This document shows positions 19,715 to 29,170 of a stretch of 40,917 bases of DNA, piece by piece. The stretch lies in NCBI GenBank assembly GCA_964555135.1, contig CAZKRR010000003.1, positions 1 through 40,917 on the forward strand. The letters run 5' to 3'. A model generated the notes under the pieces. That model saw only the letters and a program-made list of their open reading frames with translations, did not search any database and was not told where the DNA came from. The number at the start of each line of letters is the position of its first letter. Position 1 is the stretch's first letter. This stretch comes from an uncultured Nitrososphaeria archaeon. Its GTDB lineage: Archaea; Thermoproteota; Nitrososphaeria_A; Caldarchaeales; Wolframiiraptoraceae. The position numbers and the translations under genes were made by a program.

Positions 19715-21454
19715 ATGAGGATTGGAAAATCTGCTCTAACAGTAGCTATCATGGTTTTACTGCTCATCGTTACTGGTTTTCTGATAAATAATGCTGTAAC
19801 CAAGGTGTGGAGTAGCTGGGTTGACTATGAACCTCCTAGTGATGTTAAAGTCTATCTAAAATTAGGTTACAATTATTCTAGGATAGCTGAACATGTAATC
19901 GTAGTGCTTGTAGATGGTGCAAGACCGGACATTATAGATAAGATTGGAGGTGAAGGATTCGGCTTCCTGGAAAAAGAAGGGGTACTTTTCTCCAATGCAT
20001 ATGCTCTACCTCCAACATACTCTATACCTGCAAGGGCCGCAATCTCTACAGGTTTTCCTCATGAAATTTCAGGCGTTACATCTAATTGGTATAATAAAGG
20101 AGTATTGAATCTACCGAGCATATTTTCTCTTGCTAAAAATTATGGTTTAAAAACTGGAGCTATAGGGGATTCCTCCATAAGTATGCTTTTTAAAGATTAC
20201 CTAGATACTTACATCGAAATCCCTGAAACTAGTGGGCACATGAAAAAATCAACTGAAGAAGCTGTAAAGATTATAACCTCTGGTGAACTACCCAACATTT
20301 TATGGGTCGGGTTTGCAGACATAGATGAGGCAGGTCATGACTATGGTGCATTAAGTAGTAGATATGAGGAGGCTATTGTGGAAGCTTCGCAATTGATTAT
20401 GAAGATGATTGAAGCTCTTAAATTAAGAGGGATGGATGATAAAACAGTTCTTATAGTTCTCAGCGACCATGGACACTTAGATAGAGGCGGACATGGAGGA
20501 GAGGAACTAGAAGTCAGACGAGTATATTTGTCTATTATGGGTCCATCGATAAAGAAGAACGTCATCTTGAATGGAGATGTCTATTATACAAGTATTGCTT
20601 CAACGGTTGCTTTCGTCTTAGGTCTTCCACCAGAATTAATATCCTACAGCCCACCGCTATCTTGCGTGTTCAGTGAGGATGTGCTTCCAAGTCTCGCTAG
20701 GTATGAACTTGGTCTAGCTCTAAATTATGGTTATCATTTAAAAGATCTATTCATGGTACTTGGATTAGATAGTTATGTGGAGGAATCCGCTGATTACCTA
20801 GCTATCTTGGAAGAGATTAAGACTTCGAACAAGGTAGATGTAAGCTCGATTACTGAATATTATATGAAGCTTAGTGAGCTTTACGAAGATGGTAAGAAGG
20901 AGTTAATATCTAGAGATGCAGGGATAAGAGTATTTAACGCGACACTAGTAGGATTAATCGCATGGGCTCCCACCGCAACCTTATGTTACTTTACCCGTAA
21001 GTCTCTATGGAAACCATTAACCTCAGGATTTACTGGATTCGCAGCCTTCTGGGCATCATTCATATATCTATTCGGATACACACCTACAATGTCTTCGGTT
21101 AACTCACTAGACTCATACATAGAATCGATGATGGTCTCGACACTCATATCCATAATTGTATCCTCGGCGGTTATGGCCTCTGTAATCAACATCAAAGATG
21201 AGAAGAAAGCTCTTCTATCGATTACACCGATGCTGCTTCTAATCTCATTGTCCTCTATAATAATACTAGTCATGGGTGTGCTCTACGGCTTCATCGTTAA
21301 ATTCCCATTCCCAGATTGGTCGCTTGCATATCTATATTATACATCACTCCTCAATGGAATGTTTCTAGCATTATTCAATGGATTGATGCCTCTACTAGTA
21401 TTCATCGGTTTAACTCTCAAAACAAAATTAGTAAAATTTAACAAGGTAGTATAA
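19715..21454 (+). CDS. Membrane alkaline-phosphatase-superfamily protein (GPI ethanolamine-phosphate transferase-like architecture)
   Basis: N-terminal TM; VLVDGAR, PPTYSIP, DEAGHDYG and SDHGHLDRGGHGG metal-site motifs; about 5 C-terminal TMs. Confidence 0.8.
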   Translation: MRIGKSALTVAIMVLLLIVTGFLINNAVTKVWSSWVDYEPPSDVKVYLKLGYNYSRIAEHVIVVLVDGARPDIIDKIGGEGFGFLEKEGVLFSNAYALPPTYSIPARAAISTGFPHEISGVTSNWYNKGVLNLPSIFSLAKNYGLKTGAIGDSSISMLFKDYLDTYIEIPETSGHMKKSTEEAVKIITSGELPNILWVGFADIDEAGHDYGALSSRYEEAIVEASQLIMKMIEALKLRGMDDKTVLIVLSDHGHLDRGGHGGEELEVRRVYLSIMGPSIKKNVILNGDVYYTSIASTVAFVLGLPPELISYSPPLSCVFSEDVLPSLARYELGLALNYGYHLKDLFMVLGLDSYVEESADYLAILEEIKTSNKVDVSSITEYYMKLSELYEDGKKELISRDAGIRVFNATLVGLIAWAPTATLCYFTRKSLWKPLTSGFTGFAAFWASFIYLFGYTPTMSSVNSLDSYIESMMVSTLISIIVSSAVMASVINIKDEKKALLSITPMLLLISLSSIIILVMGVLYGFIVKFPFPDWSLAYLYYTSLLNGMFLALFNGLMPLLVFIGLTLKTKLVKFNKVV

Positions 21455-21521
21455 TGAGAGCAAGTACTGTCCTGAATGTGAGCATTTAAATAAAGACGTG
21501 AGAGACGGAGAGTATTCAGAC

Positions 21522-21638
21522 TTGGGGGATATAGTTTAGGATGCTGAGACCGTCATTCCTAATTGTATATTTTAACTTACTATCTCTTGTTTGAAATGAC
21601 AGGCAGCCGATGAGAGGGCTCACGGTCTATCTCCCCAA
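21522..21638. repeat. Nested imperfect inverted repeats between convergent genes
   Basis: TTGGGGGATATAG...CTATCTCCCCAA, AGACCGT...ACGGTCT and GTCATT...AATGAC pairs. Confidence 0.45.
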
Positions 21639-21643
21639 TAATC

Positions 21644-22429
21644 TTAGTAGCTCATAGAGGCTATTATCTCATCAAATATCGTTTCTACGTTTCTCATCGA
21701 AGCTCGTGGACATAATGATAGCCCTTCCGGCTCCTCCATCTTTAAGCATTTATCTCTTATTATCTTGGTAGGTCTTACTCCTATTGAAATGAGGGCTTGT
21801 GTTATCTTTTCTTCTCTATTTAGTAAAAGGCATGGAATATGTATTGGACCGTTATAGTTTAATCTAACGGAGAATCCAGCCAGATTCTCTATTAGAAGGG
21901 GTGCTGATAGAGTATGGTGAGATTCAGGTGAGACGGTGTAAACTTTTCTGTAATTCTTTAAAGTTTTTAGTATCCTCTTGAGAGAACTAGGATTCACAGG
22001 TCTACCTTCATCATATCTTTCAACTAATCCATTTACCGATATAAGCCCCATTCCTAATAGCTCTGATAACCCATAAGAATACTTATCATCTAGATTTCTA
22101 GCAGATAAGAGTACAGCCTCTCCTTTCTTCAAGACTTCCAAGTCTAGCTCTACTTCACTAGCATAAGATTCGGGTAAGGGGTATTTTAGAGGGCACTCAC
22201 TTACACATCTCCAGCATTTTAAACAATTATTTCTCCCAATGTCTTCATACCTAGAGTATCCTAGAGGGCTTAGACTCAGGTTTCCAGTATTAATGAATGT
22301 TGGACAGACTGATATACAGATGCCTGGACAATATACACAGGGTTTTTCCACTTTCTTGAAGGGCAGTTGAATAAAATTTAGTAATAGTTTAGGTGTAATC
22401 TTGACACTGCTTAATGTTTTAAGCTTCAC
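21644..22429 (-). CDS. 4Fe-4S dicluster protein (GlpC/GlcF-like, reduced)
   Basis: CVYCPGICISVCPT and CLKCWRCVSECP clusters; residual HIPC motif. Confidence 0.75.
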   Translation of the reverse strand: MKLKTLSSVKITPKLLLNFIQLPFKKVEKPCVYCPGICISVCPTFINTGNLSLSPLGYSRYEDIGRNNCLKCWRCVSECPLKYPLPESYASEVELDLEVLKKGEAVLLSARNLDDKYSYGLSELLGMGLISVNGLVERYDEGRPVNPSSLKRILKTLKNYRKVYTVSPESHHTLSAPLLIENLAGFSVRLNYNGPIHIPCLLLNREEKITQALISIGVRPTKIIRDKCLKMEEPEGLSLCPRASMRNVETIFDEIIASMSY

Positions 22430-22436
22430 TAGATTC

Positions 22437-23834
22437 TCACTCCATAAACTTTCCTGGATTTGAGATATTGTTAGGGTCGAATAATTGTTTTACCTTCTTA
22501 AGGTATTTTAAGGATTCCCCTAGTTCTCTCTCCAGCCATTTCTTCCTTAAGAGCCCGATCCCATGATGATGACTTATTGTTGCGCCATTCTTGATTAGAG
22601 TATCCATTGCTTTCTCCCATACTCTCCAGTAGACTTCTTCGTCTGCTTCAAAGACTACTGTGAAGTATATGCATGCCCCCGTGCTATAGAAATGTGAAGC
22701 ATGTGCAAGGACGGAGTTTACTCCTTTAACCATCTTGATTTCTCTCTTAAACTCTCTATAAACTTTTGGGAGGATGCTCCATGTAGCAGCTGTCTCGATT
22801 GTATCAAACCATAAACCTAGAGGTACTACTAGTTTGACTACATCACTAATTACATCAAATCTTTTCTTCAACCAGCTATCTACATATTCTTCCCCGATTT
22901 CTAGAGCCCCTCTTTTCTTCATTACCATTCTCAATTCAGATTCTTTTGCATCAAGGAGTGTCTTAGACCATTCCTCTATGATGAAGATTGCTAAGTCTTT
23001 ATCTTCATTGAATCTTAAAGCTGCCTCATCTTTATCATAGATCCTGAGTACAGCCGGTTGCAATCCCAGAAGCATTAACTCTCTAGCTGCGGCAAGACCT
23101 TCTTCAAAGCTATTAAATACAAATGTATTCTTAGAAGTGTATCCTGGTATTTGAAAAGTCTTAAGAGTGGCTTTAGTTATTATTCCAAGCTGTCCCTCGC
23201 TTCCAAGCATAAGCTTCTTTATGTTCGGTCCTGTCGATGTTCTTGGAACTATCTTTTCTCTAAGAGGTATGAATCCGCCGTCTGCCGTAACCACTTCAAC
23301 GTCTAGTAAGAGGTCTTCTATTCCACCATACTTAGTGCTATATTCGCCTGAACTTAAGGTTGCTATCAATCCGCCTACCACGGCTTCTGGGAAAGATTGA
23401 GGGATGTGTCTGACAGTATAACCTCTAGAGTTAAGATATTCTTCAAGCTTCTTAATCATTATTCCAGATTCGACGGTTACGTACATGTCTTCTTCATTGA
23501 GTTCTATTATCTTGTTCATTGATTTAACATCTATCACTAGACAGTCTCTACATGGGGCTGCTCCAGTAACTCCAGACCCGCCTCCATATGGGGTGAAGGA
23601 GATTTTAAACTCATTGCAGAGTTTAATTAATGAGGTTACTTCTTCTACGGTTTTAGGCCATGCAACAGCTAGAGGCATAGCTAGCTCACCTCCTCTAGAT
23701 TCTTTTAGAGTTAGTAGAGGCCAAAAATCCCTACTGTAGACCTTTAGTACTCTAGGATCATCTGTAAATCTCGAGCCTACAATACTCTTTACTCTTTCTA
23801 GAAAATCTTCTTTAACGATTGATCTCTCAGACAT
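22437..23834 (-). CDS. VAO/PCMH-family FAD oxidoreductase, alkyl-dihydroxyacetonephosphate synthase-like
   Basis: PYGGGSGVTG, HIPQSF...GGLIAT...STKYGGIED, GSEGQLGIIT, DTIETA, HASHFY..GACIYFT and ISHHHGIG. Confidence 0.85.
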   Translation of the reverse strand: MSERSIVKEDFLERVKSIVGSRFTDDPRVLKVYSRDFWPLLTLKESRGGELAMPLAVAWPKTVEEVTSLIKLCNEFKISFTPYGGGSGVTGAAPCRDCLVIDVKSMNKIIELNEEDMYVTVESGIMIKKLEEYLNSRGYTVRHIPQSFPEAVVGGLIATLSSGEYSTKYGGIEDLLLDVEVVTADGGFIPLREKIVPRTSTGPNIKKLMLGSEGQLGIITKATLKTFQIPGYTSKNTFVFNSFEEGLAAARELMLLGLQPAVLRIYDKDEAALRFNEDKDLAIFIIEEWSKTLLDAKESELRMVMKKRGALEIGEEYVDSWLKKRFDVISDVVKLVVPLGLWFDTIETAATWSILPKVYREFKREIKMVKGVNSVLAHASHFYSTGACIYFTVVFEADEEVYWRVWEKAMDTLIKNGATISHHHGIGLLRKKWLERELGESLKYLKKVKQLFDPNNISNPGKFME

Positions 23835-25240
23835 CTAGAAATAACCCCTAATAGTTTAGAGTAGGCATCCAACATTACGCTCCTGTCTATATGATGGAGG
23901 CTTGGTGAGAAGAGCTTCTCAATATCTGGTTTCTCCCCAAGATCCTTCTTCGACAATTTGCCATCTGATAGAGCTAGTAGCTTAGCAACTCCAAATGAGC
24001 TTACTTCTACGTCTAATGGTCTAGCAACCTGCATACCAGTTATATCTGCTAACGTCTGTAGGAATATGTTCGACCTAGAATATCCTCCACCCGAGAATAA
24101 TGGTTCCCTAAATCCTCCAACATACTTTTTCATAGCGTTGAGTATTGTAGCTATATGTAGAGAGACACCTAAAGCCAGGCCTGACAGTATGTCTGACCTA
24201 GATGTATCTAAGCCTAGACCTAGAATTATCCCTCTGAGATCTCTTAGATACGGAATTCTAAAACCTCCAAGAGACGGTACCAGTAATACTCTCTTCTCAA
24301 ATCCTTTCAATAACGATTCAGCTTCAGAATAATCTCTGAATAAACCCATCTTCATAAGCCATTCGAGGGTTGAGCCTGTCGATCTTATGAACCCCTCCAA
24401 CCCATAGGTTTTCTCATCATCTATCCATAAGACTATTATTGGAACTAACCCAGAGGTTGGTATAGCTAGTTTTTCTGTTACTGTCTCTACGAAGCTTCCA
24501 GTTCCATGCGTAGACTGGACTTCACCCTTACCTAGAACTCCAAACCCCACGCTTGCAGCCTGCTGATCCGCAATACAGGCACTTACTTCTACATCTTCAA
24601 AACTGCCAAATGAGTGAATATTCCCTGTTATTTCAGGTGTTATCTTCGGAAGCTTGAGTAGCTCAAACACTATATCTATCTCTGAGAGTTTTCTCGGATG
24701 TATCAAACCCGTTAAAGTAGCATTTGTAGCATCTGCTAGAAAGTTTCCCGTGAGTATGTATAGTATGTATGAGTCTAGTGTCCAGACATATGCTTTACCA
24801 GCCTTAACTTCTTCAATTAATCTTGGGACGTTATCGTAGACCCACCTTATCAATATAGCTGGAGAATCTGGGCTAAGAATCATATTCAAACTTCTACTAA
24901 ACCTCTTCAGTAATTTTGCTGTAGGAGGTAGCCTCTCAACTACTTCCTTGCCTCTACCATCTATCCATGTAATAATGTTTGTTATTGGGGTACCATCGTT
25001 CCTCCAAGCAAGAATGGAAGCTCTATAAGTACAGATACCTATCTTCTTCACACCTTTCTCTCTAGCTTTCTTAACGAATCCTCTCACAGCATCAGCTATC
25101 TGTAGACTGTTCTGCTCTATATGCTGTTGACTTATCCTCTCGAAGCCTAAGACTGTTTTCTCATAATGAGTTTTCCTGAGATTTTTATCGTATATAGACA
25201 GCTTGACGCCTGTTGTGCCTACATCTATAACACCGTACAT
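23798..25240 (-). CDS. FGGY-family kinase (glycerol kinase / GK5-like)
   Basis: IDVGTTG, ITWIDGR, DATNATLTG, ADQQAA, THGTGSF and GGYSRS...QTLADI. Confidence 0.88.
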   Translation of the reverse strand: MYGVIDVGTTGVKLSIYDKNLRKTHYEKTVLGFERISQQHIEQNSLQIADAVRGFVKKAREKGVKKIGICTYRASILAWRNDGTPITNIITWIDGRGKEVVERLPPTAKLLKRFSRSLNMILSPDSPAILIRWVYDNVPRLIEEVKAGKAYVWTLDSYILYILTGNFLADATNATLTGLIHPRKLSEIDIVFELLKLPKITPEITGNIHSFGSFEDVEVSACIADQQAASVGFGVLGKGEVQSTHGTGSFVETVTEKLAIPTSGLVPIIVLWIDDEKTYGLEGFIRSTGSTLEWLMKMGLFRDYSEAESLLKGFEKRVLLVPSLGGFRIPYLRDLRGIILGLGLDTSRSDILSGLALGVSLHIATILNAMKKYVGGFREPLFSGGGYSRSNIFLQTLADITGMQVARPLDVEVSSFGVAKLLALSDGKLSKKDLGEKPDIEKLFSPSLHHIDRSVMLDAYSKLLGVISRCLRDQSLKKIF

Positions 25241-25241
25241 T

Positions 25242-26210
25242 CTATAAAACCTCTATCGTAACTCTACTATTTGATGGGAGCTCTACTATAGGATAAGGTT
25301 CGTCGACAACTATTTTTTCTCCATTAACTCTCAGCACAACTCCCACGCCGACCCCCAAAATAATACGGGCTACACGTTTAGAAACTTTATGGGGGATGTG
25401 AGGAACACTACATAAAACTTCTATCGGGCCTCCTCCCTCGATTAAAGATTCTGCTACGACCTTGCTTGCCTCAACTATCTTCATAGGATCCTCAAGTATC
25501 ATTGCAGCGTTCCCAACTATATTTTCTACGCCTAGCTGGTTCCAAGGAGATAGTTCTGCAAGTATTAGTGTATCTGCTTTTAACTCTCTCCCATCGATCA
25601 TCACCGAAGATACTCTCTCGCTGCCCAATATTTTCGTAACCCTACCTTCTAAAACCTCTACTCCCATATCTGCGATTTCCCCTAAACCATGTATTAGAGA
25701 GCAGCTCGTATATGCTACAACGACCTGTTCACATGTCTTGGATAACTTGCTTGCTAGAGAGACTGAGTAGTGATTGAATCCATAGATGACCACTTTATCC
25801 CCAATAGAGTAGCCTTTATTGACCAGCTCCCAGGCAGAATAAAGATAGAAGACTCCCGAGGGTCTAGAACCATATATGCCGAGCTCCAACACTGTCTTTT
25901 CTCTAAAACCATTTGCAGCTACAACCGTACCATTGATCTTCCTTGACCCCTCTCTACTTGCAACCCAAACCCCCTCCTTATCGTAACTAAATGCTGCTGC
26001 GTTACACATTATATTATCCTCTGTTGCAAATTGTGATACTAGGTCTCTTCCTCTTACATTATTAACAGGGTATTCATCATACTTGTAGAACCCGCCGACC
26101 TCTCTGTCTTTTTCAACAATTATTGTATTCACGCCTCCCTTCTTCAAGTAATGTGCTACTGAGAGACCTGATAAGCCTCCGCCAATGACTATGAAGTTTT
26201 CACTATCCAG
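25242..26210 (-). CDS. NAD(P)/FAD-dependent oxidoreductase (partner of the G3PDH-like subunit); true start upstream of the listed ORF
   Basis: The in-frame sequence upstream of 26147 reads LDSENFIVIGGGLSGLSVAHYL (GxGxxG). ANGFRE...IYGSRPSGV motif. Likely CTG start at 26210, 7 nt after GAGGTG. Confidence 0.8.
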   Translation of the reverse strand: MDSENFIVIGGGLSGLSVAHYLKKGGVNTIIVEKDREVGGFYKYDEYPVNNVRGRDLVSQFATEDNIMCNAAAFSYDKEGVWVASREGSRKINGTVVAANGFREKTVLELGIYGSRPSGVFYLYSAWELVNKGYSIGDKVVIYGFNHYSVSLASKLSKTCEQVVVAYTSCSLIHGLGEIADMGVEVLEGRVTKILGSERVSSVMIDGRELKADTLILAELSPWNQLGVENIVGNAAMILEDPMKIVEASKVVAESLIEGGGPIEVLCSVPHIPHKVSKRVARIILGVGVGVVLRVNGEKIVVDEPYPIVELPSNSRVTIEVL

Positions 26211-27589
26211 CTTCCGCCACCTCTTAAAGTAATATTAGATGGCTTTACTCCCAGCTCATCCGAAATGACCTCAACGACCTCGGATAGGCATCTTGAGCCT
26301 TGACATACACCCATACATACACCAGTCCTAAACATTACTCCTTGAAGGGTCTTAGAACCTCTCCTGACGGCTTCTCTAACTTCTTCTTCTGTGACTTTAT
26401 TACATATACATATGAGCTTGCCTTTTCCACATTCTGGTTTATCTCTAAATCTATGAAAGACGATGCGCTCGACTATGTCTCCTCTCGGTATAAGCTCCAA
26501 TCCAGCTTCTTTAAGCTTTTCTAAAACGACCCTGGCTATCGCGGGAGAAGATGTGAAGGCAGGAGACTCTGTTCCAAGAACACTCACTATCCTACGGCTT
26601 TTCGTGGAATAAGTAATTATGAAATCATTTGTTGATGGTATAGGTCTTATGCCTGAGTAAGCCTTTATAGGTATCCCTGGATCAGCCTTAATTAATTTTG
26701 AAAATTTACTGATAATTGTGTTGACGTCAGATTCTTCTATGGATAAGTCATTCTTGTCTATTACTATTCTAAGATTTGGACCCCATAAGCCTTTGCCGTC
26801 CCAAGTAAACATTACTGCCCCGCCTTTCGTCTTAGGGTCAGGTCTCAATGTAAGAGGAGATAGAAGCCTATCCGAGACTTGCCTCTCAAAAACTATCATG
26901 ACACCTTTTCCTAGCTCGAACTCTACATAATCTCCTAAAAGTCTCACCACTTCATCAGCATAGAGTCCACCAGCATTTACTAAATATCTAGATAAGAACT
27001 CTCTTCCGCCTTCTGTACAGATTTTCAGGAAATCATTCTGGAAATCTATTTTTACAACTTTTTCACCGAATACAAAATGAACACCGTTTATTCTCAGAAA
27101 TTCGTAGAGACCATACATTAAATCAAAGCTATCTATAACTGCGTAGCCATCAACCTCTATCGCGGCTAAAACTTTATCAGAAATATTAGGCTCAATTCTT
27201 TTGAGAGTTCTCCTACCAATAATCCTAGTCTTAAATTCTTCCTTCAAGTTTAATTTAAGATATAGATAGATGAGTGGGAGGGCTAGTAGGTGGAGGAGAC
27301 TCATTGCAAGGAGCAGAGTACTAGTCTTCTTATAACGTACTTTAAGATATTCACATATTTTTAAGAGTTCTCTATTTCCTTCTCTAGCTAGCTTACTCTT
27401 AAGAGACTTGAAAGGTAGCTGAATAACATGAACTATACCTGCATGACCTTTCGATACGCCCCATCCAGGCTCATTATTCATATCAATTACTAGGATGTCA
27501 AGTTTATAATGAGCAAGCTTATATGCTGTGATAAGACCGCATACACCAGCCCCGACTATCACGACATCGTAAACATCAACCTTACTCAT
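26189..27589 (-). CDS. FAD-dependent glycerol-3-phosphate dehydrogenase-like protein (GlpA/LhgO family) with C-terminal BFD-like [2Fe-2S] domain
   Basis: DVVIVGAGVCG, SKGHAGIVH, NAGGLYAD, KTKGG, GIRP, SPAFTSSPAIA and ICICNKVTEEE...RTGVCMGVCQGSRC. Confidence 0.88.
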   Translation of the reverse strand: MSKVDVYDVVIVGAGVCGLITAYKLAHYKLDILVIDMNNEPGWGVSKGHAGIVHVIQLPFKSLKSKLAREGNRELLKICEYLKVRYKKTSTLLLAMSLLHLLALPLIYLYLKLNLKEEFKTRIIGRRTLKRIEPNISDKVLAAIEVDGYAVIDSFDLMYGLYEFLRINGVHFVFGEKVVKIDFQNDFLKICTEGGREFLSRYLVNAGGLYADEVVRLLGDYVEFELGKGVMIVFERQVSDRLLSPLTLRPDPKTKGGAVMFTWDGKGLWGPNLRIVIDKNDLSIEESDVNTIISKFSKLIKADPGIPIKAYSGIRPIPSTNDFIITYSTKSRRIVSVLGTESPAFTSSPAIARVVLEKLKEAGLELIPRGDIVERIVFHRFRDKPECGKGKLICICNKVTEEEVREAVRRGSKTLQGVMFRTGVCMGVCQGSRCLSEVVEVISDELGVKPSNITLRGGGSWIVKTS

Positions 27590-27799
27590 AACCTACTCTA
27601 AGTGCCATTCTACAAAATATAAGTATTCTAAGAATTAGGATAGATACCTTGTTAACAATTAAACTCTAGGTGAAGCTGCGGATCTCTCAGCACTGTTTAG
27701 AAGATGCAAATAGCTAGGTATGCTTCATTTTAGTATCTTCTATTTAGAAGAAAGACTTATCCAAGACTTTTATTGTTAAACTCCCGCTGGAGATAGCTC

Positions 27800-29170
27800 A
27801 TGCCACCTATAACTATATCTATTATTGGTGCTGGGAGTGTGGTATTCACTGGAAGGCTTATAGTTGATTTATGTGTTACTAAGAGTTTACATGGAAGCAA
27901 CATCGTCTTAATGGATATTGATAGGGAGAGATTAGACATGATGTATAATTTAGCGTTAAGATATGTAAAAGAAACTAGTGCAAATATATCCATTAAGAAG
28001 ACAATGAATCGTAGAGAGGCTCTGGAAGAAGCGGATTTTGTAATAAATACTGTAAAGATTGGAGGATACGAGCCTATGGAGGAAGAGAGGAAGATTGCTG
28101 AGAAGCATGGATACTATAGAGGTGTAGGTGAGAGGGTTTCAGACTATTATGGAGGGATAGGAGCATACCATCAGCTAAGATTCTTCTTGGAGCTTGCAAA
28201 AGACATGGAGGAATATTGTCCCAATGCTTGGCTTATACAAGCTGCTAACCCAGTCTTTGAAGGCACAACCCTCATCCATAGACAGACCAGAATTAAAGTT
28301 GTTGGAGTATGCCATGGACACTTGGGATATAAGGAGATTGTGAAAGTTTTGAAGATGAATGAAGAAGATGTTAAAGTCTTGATGGCTGGATTCAATCATA
28401 ACATCTGGCTTAAGGAGTTCAGGTATAGAGGGGTAGATGCATACCCCATACTAGATAGATGGATAAGAGATGAAGCCCAAAACTATTGGAATAGTAGAGA
28501 ATATCTTGAGAGCCCACCATGGGTTAGTGAGCAACTCTCACCTGCAGCTGTTGAGATGTATAAGCTTTACGGTCTTTTCCCAATAGGAGATACTGTGAGA
28601 AGTGCTTCACCATGGTGGTTTCATGAAGATTTAGAGACAAAGAAGAAGTGGCTTGGACCAATGGGTGGGTTCGATTCAGAAGCAGGCTGGACTTTCTACC
28701 TCAATATGCTCAAAGAGATTCTAGAAAGTCTACGGCAAGTAGCTTCAGACCAATCCATAAAAGTAACAGAGTTTTATCCTCCTGTCTTTAGTGGCGAACA
28801 GCATATACCGCTAATCGATGCTCTAGTGAATGATAAACAGACAATTCTCCAGTTGAATATACCTAATAATGGCATAATATCTGGTATACCCGACAATGTG
28901 GTGGTAGAGGTTCCAGCTATCGTTGATGGTGGAGAGATAAAAGGAATCCACATAGGCTCTCTTCCCAAGAAGATCATGTTATTCAATATTATTCCTAGGA
29001 TGCTTAAAATGGAGCAGATCTTGCATGCATTCCTTCAGGGCGACAAGACTTCTTTAGTCCTCATGATTGCAGAAGACCATAGGACAAAGACATTTGAACA
29101 AGCACGCAATGTAGTTGAAGAAATATTAAGCCTACCTTGGAATAAAGAAGCGGCAGCCCATTATAGGTGA
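27800..29170 (+). CDS. Glycoside hydrolase family 4 (NAD+/Mn2+-dependent alpha-glucosidase / alpha-galactosidase)
   Basis: IIGAGSVVF, LMDID, ADFVINT, ANPVFEGTT, GVCHGH, AGFNHNIW, SGEQHIP and VVEVP. Confidence 0.93.
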   Translation: MPPITISIIGAGSVVFTGRLIVDLCVTKSLHGSNIVLMDIDRERLDMMYNLALRYVKETSANISIKKTMNRREALEEADFVINTVKIGGYEPMEEERKIAEKHGYYRGVGERVSDYYGGIGAYHQLRFFLELAKDMEEYCPNAWLIQAANPVFEGTTLIHRQTRIKVVGVCHGHLGYKEIVKVLKMNEEDVKVLMAGFNHNIWLKEFRYRGVDAYPILDRWIRDEAQNYWNSREYLESPPWVSEQLSPAAVEMYKLYGLFPIGDTVRSASPWWFHEDLETKKKWLGPMGGFDSEAGWTFYLNMLKEILESLRQVASDQSIKVTEFYPPVFSGEQHIPLIDALVNDKQTILQLNIPNNGIISGIPDNVVVEVPAIVDGGEIKGIHIGSLPKKIMLFNIIPRMLKMEQILHAFLQGDKTSLVLMIAEDHRTKTFEQARNVVEEILSLPWNKEAAAHYR

